In this document: piece after piece, positions 17,705 through 27,537 of the stretch
Numbering within the stretch: position 1 is the stretch's first letter
How the letters are laid out: every line of letters starts with the position of its first letter
NCBI GenBank assembly: GCA_038224265.1
Contig: JBBRFN010000001.1
Coordinates: 2,024 to 66,023 of the forward strand
DNA length: 64,000 nt
Reading direction: 5' to 3'
DNA from: Lysobacterales bacterium
GTDB taxonomy: Bacteria; Pseudomonadota; Gammaproteobacteria; Xanthomonadales; Ahniellaceae
The notes under the pieces: model-generated
Database searches by the model: none
What the model saw: the letters and a program-made list of their open reading frames with translations, nothing else
What the model was told of the DNA's origin: nothing
Made by a program: the position numbers and the translations under genes

Positions 17705-19548
17705 GCGAAGCCACGCTTTCGACTCGAATTGCGCTGGTCGGCAGTCCCAATTGCGGCAAGACTGCGCTGTTCAACCGCCTCACCGGCAGTCGGCAGAAGG
17801 TCGCCAACTATGCCGGCGTGACGGTCGAGCGCAAGGAAGGCCGCTTCGTGGCACCCTCCGGGCGAACGTTTCAGGTGCTCGATCTGCCGGGTGCCTACAG
17901 CCTCGACGCGGCCAGCCCGGACGAGGCGATCACCCGCGACATCTGCCATGGCCGTTTTCCTGGCGAGGCACGGCCGGACGTGCTGGTCTGCGTGGCGGAT
18001 GCGACCAACCTGCGCCTGCACCTGCGCTTCGTGCTGGAGGTGCGCAAGCTCGGCCAGCCGATGATCGTGGCGGTGAACATGATGGATGCCGCGCGCCGTC
18101 GCGGCATCACGATCGATCTGCACGCGCTCGAATCCGAACTCGGCGTGCCGGTGGTCGAAACGATCGCCGTGCAGCGCAACGGTGCGGCTGCACTGATCGC
18201 CAAGCTCGATGAAGCCGGCAGGACCCCGGCACCAAGCAGCGAAACGCCGAACGATTTGCATGCCGAGGTGCGGCGCCTGCTCGCAGCGACTGTGCGCATG
18301 CCCACCCGTACCGCCGCGATCGACGACGCGATCGACCGCGTCGTATTGCACCCGATCCTCGGTCTGTTGCTGCTCGCCGGCGTCATGTTCGCGATTTTCC
18401 AGGCCGTATTCGCCTGGGCCAGCCCGATCCAGGAATTGGTATCGACTGGGGTCAGCGCGCTGGGCGGCACCGTTGGCGACTGGTTGCCGGATGGGCCGCT
18501 GCGCAGTTTGGTGGTCGACGGCCTGTTCGCCGGCGTCGGCACCGTGCTCGAATTCCTGCCTCAGATCATCATATTGTTCGTATTCATCCTGCTGTTGGAG
18601 GAATCGGGCTACCTGCCGCGCGCGGCGTTCCTGCTCGATCGGCTGATGTCCGCGGCCGGCTTGAGCGGCCGCTCGTTCATTCCGCTGCTGTCGAGCTTCG
18701 CCTGTGCGATCCCCGGCATCATGGCCGCGCGCTCGATCCAGAATCCACGCGATCGACTGGCCACGATCCTGGTCGCGCCACTGATGACCTGCTCGGCGCG
18801 CCTGCCGGTCTACACCCTGCTGATCGGCGCCTTCGTGCCGCGGCGCGAGGTGGCGGGATGGTTCAACCTGCAGGGACTGGTGTTGTTCGCGCTGTACGTG
18901 GCCGGCATCGCGAGCGCGCTGCTGATCTCGTGGATCATGAAACGCTGGCGTCGAGGCGATGGCGAACGATCGCTGCTGCTAGAACTGCCCTCATATCGGC
19001 TGCCGAACCTGCGCGACCTCGCGATCGGCCTGTGGGAGCGCGCCTACATATTCCTGCGTCGGGTCAGCACCGTGATCCTCGCACTGACCGTGATCCTGTG
19101 GTTCCTTTCGAGTTTTCCCGGCGCGCCGGCCGGTGCCACTGGCGCTGCGATTGACTACAGCTTCGCCGGCAAGATCGGCCACTTCATCCAGCCGCTGTTC
19201 GCGCCACTGGGCTTCACTTGGGAAATCTGCATCGCCTTGCTGCCCGGTCTGGCCGCGCGCGAGGTCGCGGTCTCGGCGCTCGGCACGGTGTACGCATTGC
19301 AGGCGGCCAGCGACGACGCGATGGCTTCGCAGCTGTCGGCTATCGTTGCCAGCCAGTGGTCGGTGGCCACCGGTCTGTCGCTGCTGGTCTGGTACATCTA
19401 TGCGCCGATGTGTCTGTCGACCATCGCGGTGATTCGGCGCGAGACCCACGGTTGGCGTACTGCCGGTTTCGCGACTGCGTATCTGTTTGCGCTGGCCTAT
19501 GTGGCGTCGCTGGTGACCTACCAGGTCGCGGTGCGGGTGTTCGAATGA
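17701..19548 (+). CDS. feoB: ferrous iron transporter B
   Basis: The 615-aa product has an N-terminal G domain (GSPNCGKTALFN, DLPG) followed by a polytopic membrane domain. Confidence 0.95.
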   Translation: MSEATLSTRIALVGSPNCGKTALFNRLTGSRQKVANYAGVTVERKEGRFVAPSGRTFQVLDLPGAYSLDAASPDEAITRDICHGRFPGEARPDVLVCVADATNLRLHLRFVLEVRKLGQPMIVAVNMMDAARRRGITIDLHALESELGVPVVETIAVQRNGAAALIAKLDEAGRTPAPSSETPNDLHAEVRRLLAATVRMPTRTAAIDDAIDRVVLHPILGLLLLAGVMFAIFQAVFAWASPIQELVSTGVSALGGTVGDWLPDGPLRSLVVDGLFAGVGTVLEFLPQIIILFVFILLLEESGYLPRAAFLLDRLMSAAGLSGRSFIPLLSSFACAIPGIMAARSIQNPRDRLATILVAPLMTCSARLPVYTLLIGAFVPRREVAGWFNLQGLVLFALYVAGIASALLISWIMKRWRRGDGERSLLLELPSYRLPNLRDLAIGLWERAYIFLRRVSTVILALTVILWFLSSFPGAPAGATGAAIDYSFAGKIGHFIQPLFAPLGFTWEICIALLPGLAAREVAVSALGTVYALQAASDDAMASQLSAIVASQWSVATGLSLLVWYIYAPMCLSTIAVIRRETHGWRTAGFATAYLFALAYVASLVTYQVAVRVFE

Positions 19549-19802
19549 ATCCGTCCGTGATCGCTCAGTGGTCGGTGATTGCGCTGGTTCTGCTGATCAG
19601 TGTGGTTTATCTGGTGCATCGGCAGTGGCCGAAGGTGTTTGGGCGTGTTCGGCGATCGCTGGTGATATGGATGTTGCGGCCGATGCGCTGGGCTTGGTTG
19701 CAGAGGGCAGGGCGGGTGTTGGCGCCGGTGCCGACGGTGAAGGGTTTTTCCGGCGGTTCTTGTGGGGGGTGTAGTGGCTGCGGGACGAAGTCAGTTGAAT
19801 GA
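19545..19802 (+). CDS. FeoB-associated Cys-rich small membrane protein (FeoC/FeoI position)
   Basis: The ATG at 19545 overlaps the feoB stop (ATGA). The 85-aa product has one N-terminal TM helix (VIALVLLISVVYLV) and a C-terminal GGSCGGCSGCG cluster. Confidence 0.65.
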   Translation: MNPSVIAQWSVIALVLLISVVYLVHRQWPKVFGRVRRSLVIWMLRPMRWAWLQRAGRVLAPVPTVKGFSGGSCGGCSGCGTKSVE

Positions 19803-19871
19803 TGATTTTCGTCTCGGCCGGATCTTGGTTGCTTTCGGCAGGTAGTTGAGGGATTTGGCGGCGGTCCCTGG

Positions 19872-19914
19872 GTTGCTTGTTTCTTCAGAGATCGGCTCAG
19901 AAAGAACAAGCAAC
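19872..19914. terminator. 13-bp stem hairpin in the AT-richer convergent gap between the feo operon and liuB
   Basis: GTTGCTTGTTTCTT (19872-19885) pairs with AAGAACAAGCAAC (19902-19914) with a one-base bulge. There is no clear U-tract on either strand. Confidence 0.3.
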
Positions 19915-20027
19915 GCGAACCGCGGCCGAGTCATGAAACCGCTTTTTTCCTACCGCAGAAGATCATGATCTCGGCTCTGAGAAATCGAGCAAATCGGCTT
20001 TCGAAAAAACGCAACCGAGCAGCAGCT

Positions 20028-21635
20028 TTACATCCTGAATACCCCAAAACTTCCCTTCTCGATCGGCGCATTCAAACAAGCCGACATGGCCAACCCCAGA
20101 ATCCTCCGCGTATCCACCGGATCGATCACCCCGTCATCCCAGAGCCGCGCCGAGGCGTAGTAGGGGTTACCCTGCTGCTCGTACTGCGCGCGAATCGGTG
20201 CCTTGAACGCATCTTCGTCGGCGCCCGACCAGTCCTGGCCTGAGGCTTCCAGACCATCGCGGCGCACGGTGGCCAGCACGCTGGCTGCCTGCTCACCGCC
20301 CATCACGCTGATCCTTGCGTTGGGCCACATCCACAGGAATCGCGGCGAGTAGCCGCGGCCGCACATCGCGTAGTTGCCGGCACCGAAGCTGCCGCCGATG
20401 ATCACGGTGAACTTGGGCACGTGCGAGCAGGCCACCGCGGTGACCATCTTGGCGCCGTCCTTGGCGATCCCGGCGTTCTCGTACTTGCGGCCGACCATGA
20501 AGCCGGTGATGTTCTGCAGGAACACCAGCGGAATGTCGCGCTGGTTGCACAGCTCGATGAAATGCGCGCCCTTGAGCGCGCTCTCGGCGAACAGGATGCC
20601 GTTGTTGGCCACGATGCCGACCGGATAGCCGTGGATGTGGGCAAAGCCGCAGACCAGCGTCTTGCCATAGCGCGCCTTGAACTCCTGCAGCTCGGAGCCG
20701 TCGACGATGCGCGCGATGATCTCGCGAATATCGAAGGGATAGCGGGTGTCGCGCGGCACGATGCCGTACAGCTCGCGCGGGTCGTACTTGGGCGCGACTG
20801 GCGCGCGCAATGCCAGTGGCATCGGCTTGCTGCGGTTCAGATGCGCGAGCACCTCGCGCGCGATCTGCAGCGCGTGCGCGTCGTTCTCGGCGAAGTGGTC
20901 GGCCACGCCGGACTGCGCGGTGTGCACCTCGGCGCCACCCAGCGCCTCGGCGTCGACCACCTCGCCGGTGGCGGCCTTCACCAACGGTGGGCCGCCGAGA
21001 AAAATGGTGCCCTGTTCGCGCACGATGATGGTCTCATCGCTCATCGCCGGCACGTAGGCGCCGCCGGCAGTGCACGAACCCATCACCACCGCGACTTGCG
21101 GGATGTTTTGCGCGCTCATCCGCGCCTGGTTGTAGAAGATCCGCCCGAAATGATCGCGGTCGGGAAACACCTCGTCCTGCAGGGGCAGGAAGGCGCCGCC
21201 GGAATCCACCAGATACACGCACGGCAGGTGGTTCTGTGCTGCGATCTCCTGCGCGCGCAGGTGTTTTTTTACCGTCATCGGAAAATAGGTGCCGCCCTTG
21301 ACCGTGGCGTCGTTGGCGATGACCAGCACTTCGCGGTCATGCACGCGTCCGATCCCGGCGACCAGACCGGCGCCAGGTGCTGCACCCTCGTACATGCCTT
21401 CGGCCGCCAGCGGGCACAGCTCGAGGAACGGTGATCCAGGGTCGAGCAGGGCGCGGATGCGCTCGCGAGCCAGCAGCTTTCCGCGCTCGGTGTGCTTGGC
21501 GCGCGCCTTGTCGCCGCCGCCGGCGGCCGCGCGCTGCAGGCGCTGCTTGAGATCGTCGACCAGCGCGGTCAGTTGCGCCGCATTGGCGACGAAATCATCG
21601 CTGCGCGGATCGATTTTCGATTCGATGGCGGGCAT
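20028..21635 (-). CDS. liuB: 3-methylcrotonyl-CoA carboxylase beta subunit (carboxyltransferase)
   Basis: The 535-aa product matches the acyl-CoA carboxylase carboxyltransferase fold along its full length ([33 protein letters not shown]). Confidence 0.94.
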   Translation of the reverse strand: MPAIESKIDPRSDDFVANAAQLTALVDDLKQRLQRAAAGGGDKARAKHTERGKLLARERIRALLDPGSPFLELCPLAAEGMYEGAAPGAGLVAGIGRVHDREVLVIANDATVKGGTYFPMTVKKHLRAQEIAAQNHLPCVYLVDSGGAFLPLQDEVFPDRDHFGRIFYNQARMSAQNIPQVAVVMGSCTAGGAYVPAMSDETIIVREQGTIFLGGPPLVKAATGEVVDAEALGGAEVHTAQSGVADHFAENDAHALQIAREVLAHLNRSKPMPLALRAPVAPKYDPRELYGIVPRDTRYPFDIREIIARIVDGSELQEFKARYGKTLVCGFAHIHGYPVGIVANNGILFAESALKGAHFIELCNQRDIPLVFLQNITGFMVGRKYENAGIAKDGAKMVTAVACSHVPKFTVIIGGSFGAGNYAMCGRGYSPRFLWMWPNARISVMGGEQAASVLATVRRDGLEASGQDWSGADEDAFKAPIRAQYEQQGNPYYASARLWDDGVIDPVDTRRILGLAMSACLNAPIEKGSFGVFRM

Positions 21636-21753
21636 GGGCGCGTGCGTTCAATCTGGCGGGGTATGCCCGATCATCAAACCACAGACCGGGTCCGGCGGTA
21701 CAACGATGCCGCGTGCAGCCGACTGTCGGGCGCATGCTCGGGCCCCCTGAATG

Positions 21754-21780
21754 CGAAGCCCCCGGCGAGCGGGGGCTTCG
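21754..21780 (-). terminator. GC-rich hairpin downstream of the Ala-rich lipoprotein gene
   Basis: CGAAGCCCCCG-GCGAG-CGGGGGCTTCG forms an 11-bp perfect stem 24 nt after the stop at 21804. The trailing U-tract is poor. Confidence 0.45.
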
Positions 21781-21803
21781 ATACGACACGAAGAGCGGCC
21801 GAA

Positions 21804-22214
21804 TCAGCCGTCCTTCTTGACCTCTTCCTTCACTTCGTCGGCTTTTGCTTCGACGGCGTCGGCAGCGTCGGTCGCTGCAGCCTTGGCGGCGTCGACAGCC
21901 GATGCGGCTGCGTCGCCTGCAGACTCTGCGGCGTCGTTGGCGGCTTCGCCTGCGGCCTTGGCGGCATCGCCCGCGGCCTGCGCTGCGTCACCGGCAGCCT
22001 GGCCTGCCGAATCGACAGCCTGGCCCACTGCGGTGCTGGCCTGTTTGGCGGCCTCGGCAGCCTGGTCGGCGGCCTGCTTGGTGGCGTCGGCTGCCTGCTG
22101 GGCTGCTGCTGCAGCCTTGTCGGCGGCTTCCTTGGCCTGGTCGGCCGACTGCTGCGAGCAGGCGGCAAGGCCGAACGCAATGGCGGCAGCCAATGCGAGC
22201 TTGGTCATCTTCAT
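21804..22214 (-). CDS. alanine-rich repetitive lipoprotein
   Basis: ATG 22214 is preceded by GGAGAG. The product starts MKMTKLALAAAIAFGLAAC (lipobox) and continues with about 110 aa of A/D/Q/K-rich quasi-heptad repeats (GDAAQAA GDAAKAA GEAANDA...). The longer ORF to 22619 overlaps the thiolase. Confidence 0.75.
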   Translation of the reverse strand: MKMTKLALAAAIAFGLAACSQQSADQAKEAADKAAAAAQQAADATKQAADQAAEAAKQASTAVGQAVDSAGQAAGDAAQAAGDAAKAAGEAANDAAESAGDAAASAVDAAKAAATDAADAVEAKADEVKEEVKKDG

Positions 22215-22297
22215 GGTGAATCTCTCCTGGGGTTGACCGATTATGCTTATTGCCGTGATCGGCGATCGATTACGGAACCGCAGTTGTACCGCAAGGT

Positions 22298-23476
22298 TCA
22301 AACAAGTTCCACGGCCAGCGCTGTCGCCTCGCCGCCGCCGATGCACAGGGCGGCCACGCCGCGCTTGAGCCGATGGGCACGCAGCGCGTGCAGCAGGGTG
22401 ACCACGATGCGAGCGCCCGAAGCGCCGATCGGGTGCCCCAGCGCGCACGCGCCGCCATTGATATTGAGCTTGCCATGGGCGATTCCGAGCTCGCGCATCG
22501 GCGCCATGGCGACCACGGCAAAGGCTTCGTTGACTTCGAACAGATCGACGTCGGCCACGCTCCAGCCGATCTTGGCCAGCAGCTTGCCGATCGCGCTGAC
22601 CGGTGCGGTGGTGAACCACTCCGGTTCCTGCGAATGCGTTGCGTGCCCAACGATGCGCGCGATCGGCGTGACGCCGCGCGTCCTCGCGTCCGACTCGCGC
22701 ATCAGGATAGTGGCCGCAGCGCCATCGGAGATGCTCGACGAGGTTGCAGCGGTGATGGTGCCGTCCTTTTTGAACGCCGGCTTGAGCGATGGAATCTTGG
22801 AGGCATCCAGCTTGCCGGGGCTTTCGTCGGTATCGACGTGAACCTCACCCTTGCGCCCTGCAATCGCGACCATCGCGATCTCGTCGCGGAACGCGCCACT
22901 GGCGATGGCAGCCTGCGCGCGGCGCACCGACTCGGCGGCGAAGGCGTCCTGCTCGTCGCGGGTGAACTGGTACTTGGCCGCACACATCTCGCCGAACACG
23001 CCCATCGCCTGCTTGTCGGATGGATTGGTCAGGCCGTCCCACGCCATGTGGTCGACCACTTCGATCGCCCCGTACTTGGTGCCGACCCGACTGTTCGGAA
23101 GCAGGTGCGGCGCATTGGTCATCGATTCCATGCCGCCTGCCACCACCGCATCGGCCGAGCCGAGCTGCAGCAGATCATGCCCAAGCATGATCACCTTCAT
23201 GCCGGAACCACACACCTTGTTGATGGTGGTGGCCGCAGCCGAAACCGGCAGCCCCGCCTGCAGCATGGCCTGTCGGGCCGGTGCCTGACCGAGGTTGGCC
23301 GACAATACGCAACCCATGATTACCTCGGTGATATCTGCCGCCGGCACGCTCGACTGCGCCAGCGCCGCCTTGATCGCGACCGCCCCCAGTGTCGGCGACG
23401 GAACGCCGGTGAACTGCCCGAGCAACGCGCCGATGGCGGTGCGCTTGGCACCTACGATGACGATCGAATCCGACAT
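22298..23476 (-). CDS. acetyl-CoA C-acetyltransferase (thiolase II)
   Basis: The 392-aa product has the active-site contexts NKVCGSGMK, GHPIGASG and CIGGGEA. Confidence 0.94.
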   Translation of the reverse strand: MSDSIVIVGAKRTAIGALLGQFTGVPSPTLGAVAIKAALAQSSVPAADITEVIMGCVLSANLGQAPARQAMLQAGLPVSAAATTINKVCGSGMKVIMLGHDLLQLGSADAVVAGGMESMTNAPHLLPNSRVGTKYGAIEVVDHMAWDGLTNPSDKQAMGVFGEMCAAKYQFTRDEQDAFAAESVRRAQAAIASGAFRDEIAMVAIAGRKGEVHVDTDESPGKLDASKIPSLKPAFKKDGTITAATSSSISDGAAATILMRESDARTRGVTPIARIVGHATHSQEPEWFTTAPVSAIGKLLAKIGWSVADVDLFEVNEAFAVVAMAPMRELGIAHGKLNINGGACALGHPIGASGARIVVTLLHALRAHRLKRGVAALCIGGGEATALAVELV

Positions 23477-23548
23477 GGCGGCAACTCCGGTGGTGGTCAG
23501 CGATTATCGCGCTGCGAGGCGCCAGCGGGCAAATGGCATGCGCCGCTC

Positions 23549-24706
23549 CTACGATTTTCCGTGGAACAGCTCGCGCCCGATCAACATGCGCCGGATCTCG
23601 TTGGTTCCCGCGCCGATCTCGTACAGCTTGGCGTCGCGCAGCAGGCGCCCGGCCGGGTAGTCGTTGATATAGCCGTTGCCGCCCAGCGCCTGGATCGCCT
23701 CGAGGCTGACCTTCACCGCGTTCTGCGAGGCGTTGAGCAGGCACGCCGCGGGGTCGATACGGCTCTTGATCCCGCGGTCGAAATCCTGCGCCACCATGTA
23801 GGCGAAACCGCGCGATGACTGCAGCGCGGTGTACATGTCGGCCACTTTGGCCTGCATGATGCCGAAGGTTCCGATCGGGGCGTTGAACTGCTTGCGCTCG
23901 CGCACGTAGGGAATGGTGATATCGAGTGCTGCCTGCATCAGGCCGATCGGGCCGCCCGAGAGCACCAGGCGTTCGGTGTCGAGTCCACTCATCAGCACCC
24001 GCACGCCTTCGTTGACTTCGCCCACCCGGTTCTCGTCGGGAATCTCGCAATCCTCGAACACCAGCTCGCAGGTATTCGAACCACGCATGCCGAGCTTGTC
24101 GAGCTTTTGCGCGGTGGAGAATCCGCGCATGCCCTTCTCGACGATGAACGCGGTCATGCAGCGCGACCCGGCGGGCCGCGGTGCGGTACGCAGATACACC
24201 AGTAGCACGTCGGCGTCGGGACCATTGGTGATCCACATCTTCGAGCCGTTGGCGACCCAGCGGTCGCCCTTGAGCTCGGCGCGGCAGGCCATCGAACCGA
24301 CCACGTCGGAACCCGCGCCCGGCTCGCTCATCGCCAGCGCGCCGACGAACTCGCCGCTGCACAGCTTCGGCAGATACTTCGCCTTCTGCTCATGGTTGGC
24401 GTTGTTGGCGATGTTCTGCACGCACAGGTTCGAATGCGCGCCGTACGACAGCCCGACCGAGCCGGAAGCGCGCGAGATTTCCTCCAGTGCCACTACATGC
24501 GCGAGATAGCCCATGCCGGACCCGCCGTGGTCCGGCGTCACGGTGATGCCGAGCAGGCCGAGGTCGCCGAGCTTGCGCCACAGGTCGGCCGGAAACTGGT
24601 TGTCGCGATCGATGCGATCGGCGCGCGGAGCGATTTCCTTCTCGGCGAACGCGTGCACGGTCTCGCGCAGCAGGTCGAGTTCTTCGGTCAGTTGGAACGG
24701 GCGCAT
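23549..24706 (-). CDS. liuA: isovaleryl-CoA dehydrogenase
   Basis: The 385-aa acyl-CoA dehydrogenase ([32 protein letters not shown]) lies in liu context. Confidence 0.92.
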   Translation of the reverse strand: MRPFQLTEELDLLRETVHAFAEKEIAPRADRIDRDNQFPADLWRKLGDLGLLGITVTPDHGGSGMGYLAHVVALEEISRASGSVGLSYGAHSNLCVQNIANNANHEQKAKYLPKLCSGEFVGALAMSEPGAGSDVVGSMACRAELKGDRWVANGSKMWITNGPDADVLLVYLRTAPRPAGSRCMTAFIVEKGMRGFSTAQKLDKLGMRGSNTCELVFEDCEIPDENRVGEVNEGVRVLMSGLDTERLVLSGGPIGLMQAALDITIPYVRERKQFNAPIGTFGIMQAKVADMYTALQSSRGFAYMVAQDFDRGIKSRIDPAACLLNASQNAVKVSLEAIQALGGNGYINDYPAGRLLRDAKLYEIGAGTNEIRRMLIGRELFHGKS

Positions 24707-24950
24707 GGTCGCTGGGTGCTCGTGGGGTCAGCGGGTGCCGCAGGTACGACCGACCCAAGGCGTTCGGAGCCGTCGAGTCTATCGCGGATGACCCGCTGCC
24801 TGCGTCGAAAGCGGGCTTGATCCGCTGGCTTCCGAAGTTCGCCGTGGGGCGCAGCTCGCGGGCGAATCGTGCAGGCGTGCCTGCTGCGGCGCGTAGCTTG
24901 TATCCTCAAGACTCGATTCGGGCCGCCAACGCCCGACGGGAGAGCCGCCA

Positions 24951-25559
24951 GTGATGATTCCACGCCTTGTTCGTACTGCTGCACTCGCAGTAGCGATGTT
25001 CGGCTTTGCAGCGCCTGCATTCGCCGGCCCGAAGGAAGACATCCTCGCCGCGCACGAGGCGATGGTGGCCAAGGGCAAGTTCCGCACGGTGGGCGTGAGC
25101 GAAAGCAATGGCACCACTACGCGGATGGAAAACACCGTGGTCTGGCCAGACCGCTACGCGATGCGACTCGACACCAGCGGCACGCTGCTGGAGTACGTGA
25201 TCCTGCCCGGATCTACCTACATGAAGCAAGGCGGCGAGTGGATGAAGCTGCCGATGGACATGAGCCGCATGATCCAGTCGTTGACGCCCGAGGCGATGCG
25301 CAAGACTTACGAGGGCATGACCAATATCGAGCAGCTGGCTGACGCCACGGTCGATGGTCACGGCGCCAAGGTGTATCGCTACGACTCCACGGTGACGCTG
25401 ATGGGCATCACCGCCAGCAGCCGGGTGACGCTGTGGATCGACGCCGACACCGGCCTGCCGCTCAAGCAGGAGGTCGATGGCGAAGCGATGCGCACCAAGT
25501 CGCGCACGGTGCAGAGCTACACCTTCGACGACAGCATCCAGATCAGCGCGCCGAACTGA
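24951..25559 (+). CDS. exported hypothetical protein
   Basis: The 202-aa product has the signal peptide AVAMFGFAAPAFAG. It looks beta-rich, and I cannot name a family with confidence. Confidence 0.65.
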   Translation: MMIPRLVRTAALAVAMFGFAAPAFAGPKEDILAAHEAMVAKGKFRTVGVSESNGTTTRMENTVVWPDRYAMRLDTSGTLLEYVILPGSTYMKQGGEWMKLPMDMSRMIQSLTPEAMRKTYEGMTNIEQLADATVDGHGAKVYRYDSTVTLMGITASSRVTLWIDADTGLPLKQEVDGEAMRTKSRTVQSYTFDDSIQISAPN

Positions 25560-25778
25560 CGCGTTGACGCCGGCTTCGGCGCCGAAACAGAGCGCTTTCG
25601 CAGCAGCGACGCCGGGTAGCGCCTGCAGGCGCACCCGGATACACGTCGCGCGCCAATCGGGAGATCCCCGACGTGAAGTCGCTTCGATCGTTGTTTCGCG
25701 GCGCTCGCGCTCAAGAATCCCCGCAGTCGGCCGATGTTTCTGGCAAGCACCGCTGCGTCCGTCGCATGGTGAATCCAT

Positions 25779-26774
25779 TTGGCCTGCCCTGGAATGCAAC
25801 CCATGCAACCTCACTTCGAACAGTTGATCGGACTGTTGGCAGACGTGGTGATCGTCAGCGAGGCGGCACCGCTCGATGGCGATGGTCCGCGAATCGTGTA
25901 CGTCAATCCGGCGTTCACCAGACTCACCGGCTACAGCGCAGCCGAGGCGGTCGGCAACAGCGTGTGCATGCTGCGCGGTCCGCAGACCGATGCGGCCGTG
26001 CTCGCACGGATGCGTGCGGACCTGCAGCGCGGCGAAGCGGTCCGCGAGGTCGTGCTCAACTACCACAAGGACGGCAGCACCTGCTGGATGGACCTGTCGG
26101 TCAAACCGATGCGCGCTGCCGACGGCAGCATCACCCACTATGCCGCGATCCAGCGCGACATCAGCGCGCACAAGGCGCTCGAGCGCCGTCTGCAGCATTC
26201 CAGTGGCGTCGATCCACTGACCGGCATGCTCGCGCGCCGCGAGTTCTTCCAGCGCGCCGACGCGGCCCGCGCCAGCGCCCTCGCGGAGGGCCGCAATTTC
26301 GGCGTGGTGATGCTGGATGTCGATCATTTCCGCAGCATCAATGCCACCCATGGCCACGACCTGGGCGACGAGCTGCTGGTGCAGGTGGCAACCGGCATCC
26401 GCGGCGCGATCCGGCCTGTCGATCTCGCCGGTCGCATCGCCGGCGATGAGTTCGCAATTGCCTTGCCCTCGGTCGAGCCCGACCAGGCCCACGCGATCGC
26501 CCAGCATGTGCGCGCCGCGATCCGCCGCATGCGCCTGCCGGGACTGCCGTGGCTGGCGCTGACCGCCAGCTTCGGGGTGGCCTGCAGCGAGCGCGGCAAC
26601 GACAGCCTGACCATCCTGCTCGCGCGCGCCGAGCGCGCCTGCGACGAGGCGCGACGCGGCGGCCGCAACCGGGTCCATGTCGACCGCGTCTACGGGCGGG
26701 TGATTCCGTTCCGGGCCCGCGCCAGGCCCGAACACGTGAACGAGCGCTTCGAAGCCTCGCTGCTGCAGGAATAG
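25779..26774 (+). CDS. PAS (LOV-like) / GGDEF-domain diguanylate cyclase with an AGDEF site
   Basis: The PAS core (IVYVNPAFTRLTGYS...NYHKDGS...YAAIQRDIS) is followed by DPLTGMLARR, DVDHFRSINATHGH, RIAGDEFAI and RGGRNRV. The exact start is uncertain (Met candidates at residues 1, 6 and 9). Confidence 0.88.
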   Translation: MACPGMQPMQPHFEQLIGLLADVVIVSEAAPLDGDGPRIVYVNPAFTRLTGYSAAEAVGNSVCMLRGPQTDAAVLARMRADLQRGEAVREVVLNYHKDGSTCWMDLSVKPMRAADGSITHYAAIQRDISAHKALERRLQHSSGVDPLTGMLARREFFQRADAARASALAEGRNFGVVMLDVDHFRSINATHGHDLGDELLVQVATGIRGAIRPVDLAGRIAGDEFAIALPSVEPDQAHAIAQHVRAAIRRMRLPGLPWLALTASFGVACSERGNDSLTILLARAERACDEARRGGRNRVHVDRVYGRVIPFRARARPEHVNERFEASLLQE

Positions 26775-26797
26775 CGCTGCCGCGATCAGGCCTTGCA
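26764..26797. repeat. 34-bp perfect direct repeat, copy 1
   Basis: TGCAGGAATAGCGCTGCCGCGATCAGGCCTTGCA is identical to 28438-28471. It contains the stop of the GGDEF gene (+) and a TCA stop on the minus strand. Confidence 0.9.
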
Positions 26798-27364
26798 CGA
26801 TTGGACCAGCGCGGCGTATCGCCGATGCGCCCGCTGATCAGGGTCTGCTGCAGCAGGGCGCCGTCCAACGCAGACCGCTGCTCGAGGCTGCCGCTGCGGC
26901 ATCAGATCGACCGCGAAGCGACGGGCACCAGGTCGAAGACCGTGCAGGAGCAAGACTTCGAATCGCCGCTGTCGGTGCACGCCCCCGAGCAAGGGCCCGC
27001 GCGCGCAGACGGCACCTGCTTCCTGGTCCAGCACAGTCGGCGCATGCGCAAAGAGTGCGCGGGCGGCGTCCGTCGTGCCGGCGCTGCAGACCCGGCCCAG
27101 CTTGCCGAACTCCGACAGCGCGCCGATCAGGTTTAACACCACGCCCTGCTGGGTGGTGGGGTCGAAGTGCAGGCGGTGGCGTACCACGATGTCGATCAGG
27201 TCCTCGGGGATCAGCCGCCGATACGGGGCGCGCACAAGGACGATGCGGGTCGCCGGCAGGCGTAGCCACATCCGCATCGCGCGGTCGCGTTCCTCGCAGT
27301 GCCGCACGCCCGGCACGCGGGCGCGCGCCGCGGGGTCAATGCTCAGCCCCGGCGCCACCACCAC
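26786..27364 (-). pseudogene. uncharacterised ORF, possibly a decayed or frame-shifted gene
   Basis: The central part reads like real protein (RIVLVRAPYRRLIPEDLIDIVVRHRLHFDPTTQQGVVLNLIGALSEFGKLG). The C-terminal third is Arg-rich and ends in a relic of the TPR gene tail (...LVQSCKA versus ...LAQACKA). Plausible N-terminal continuations lie in two other frames (27343..27537 and 27336..27692). Confidence 0.3.
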
Positions 27365-27537
27365 GATGCACGGCGCGGCGGGTCGTCGGCGATGCGGCGG
27401 AACAGGCCGGCCAGCCCTGAAGTCGCGCGAACGCCGCCAGTTCCGCTACCGATTCCGACGCGGGCCCGCCAGCCCCGAAGTCCATCGCCGGTCTCCCGTC
27501 GTGTGCGGCTGAACGGTGCCGCCTTGGGTTCGGGCAC

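Noticed and set aside
24906-26798. 630-aa minus-strand ORF spanning the exported-protein gene and the GGDEF gene
   Set aside because: The composition is Arg/Ala/Gly/His-rich and no family is recognisable. It lies exactly antisense to two genes with clear signal-peptide and PAS/GGDEF signatures, as expected for a high-GC shadow ORF.
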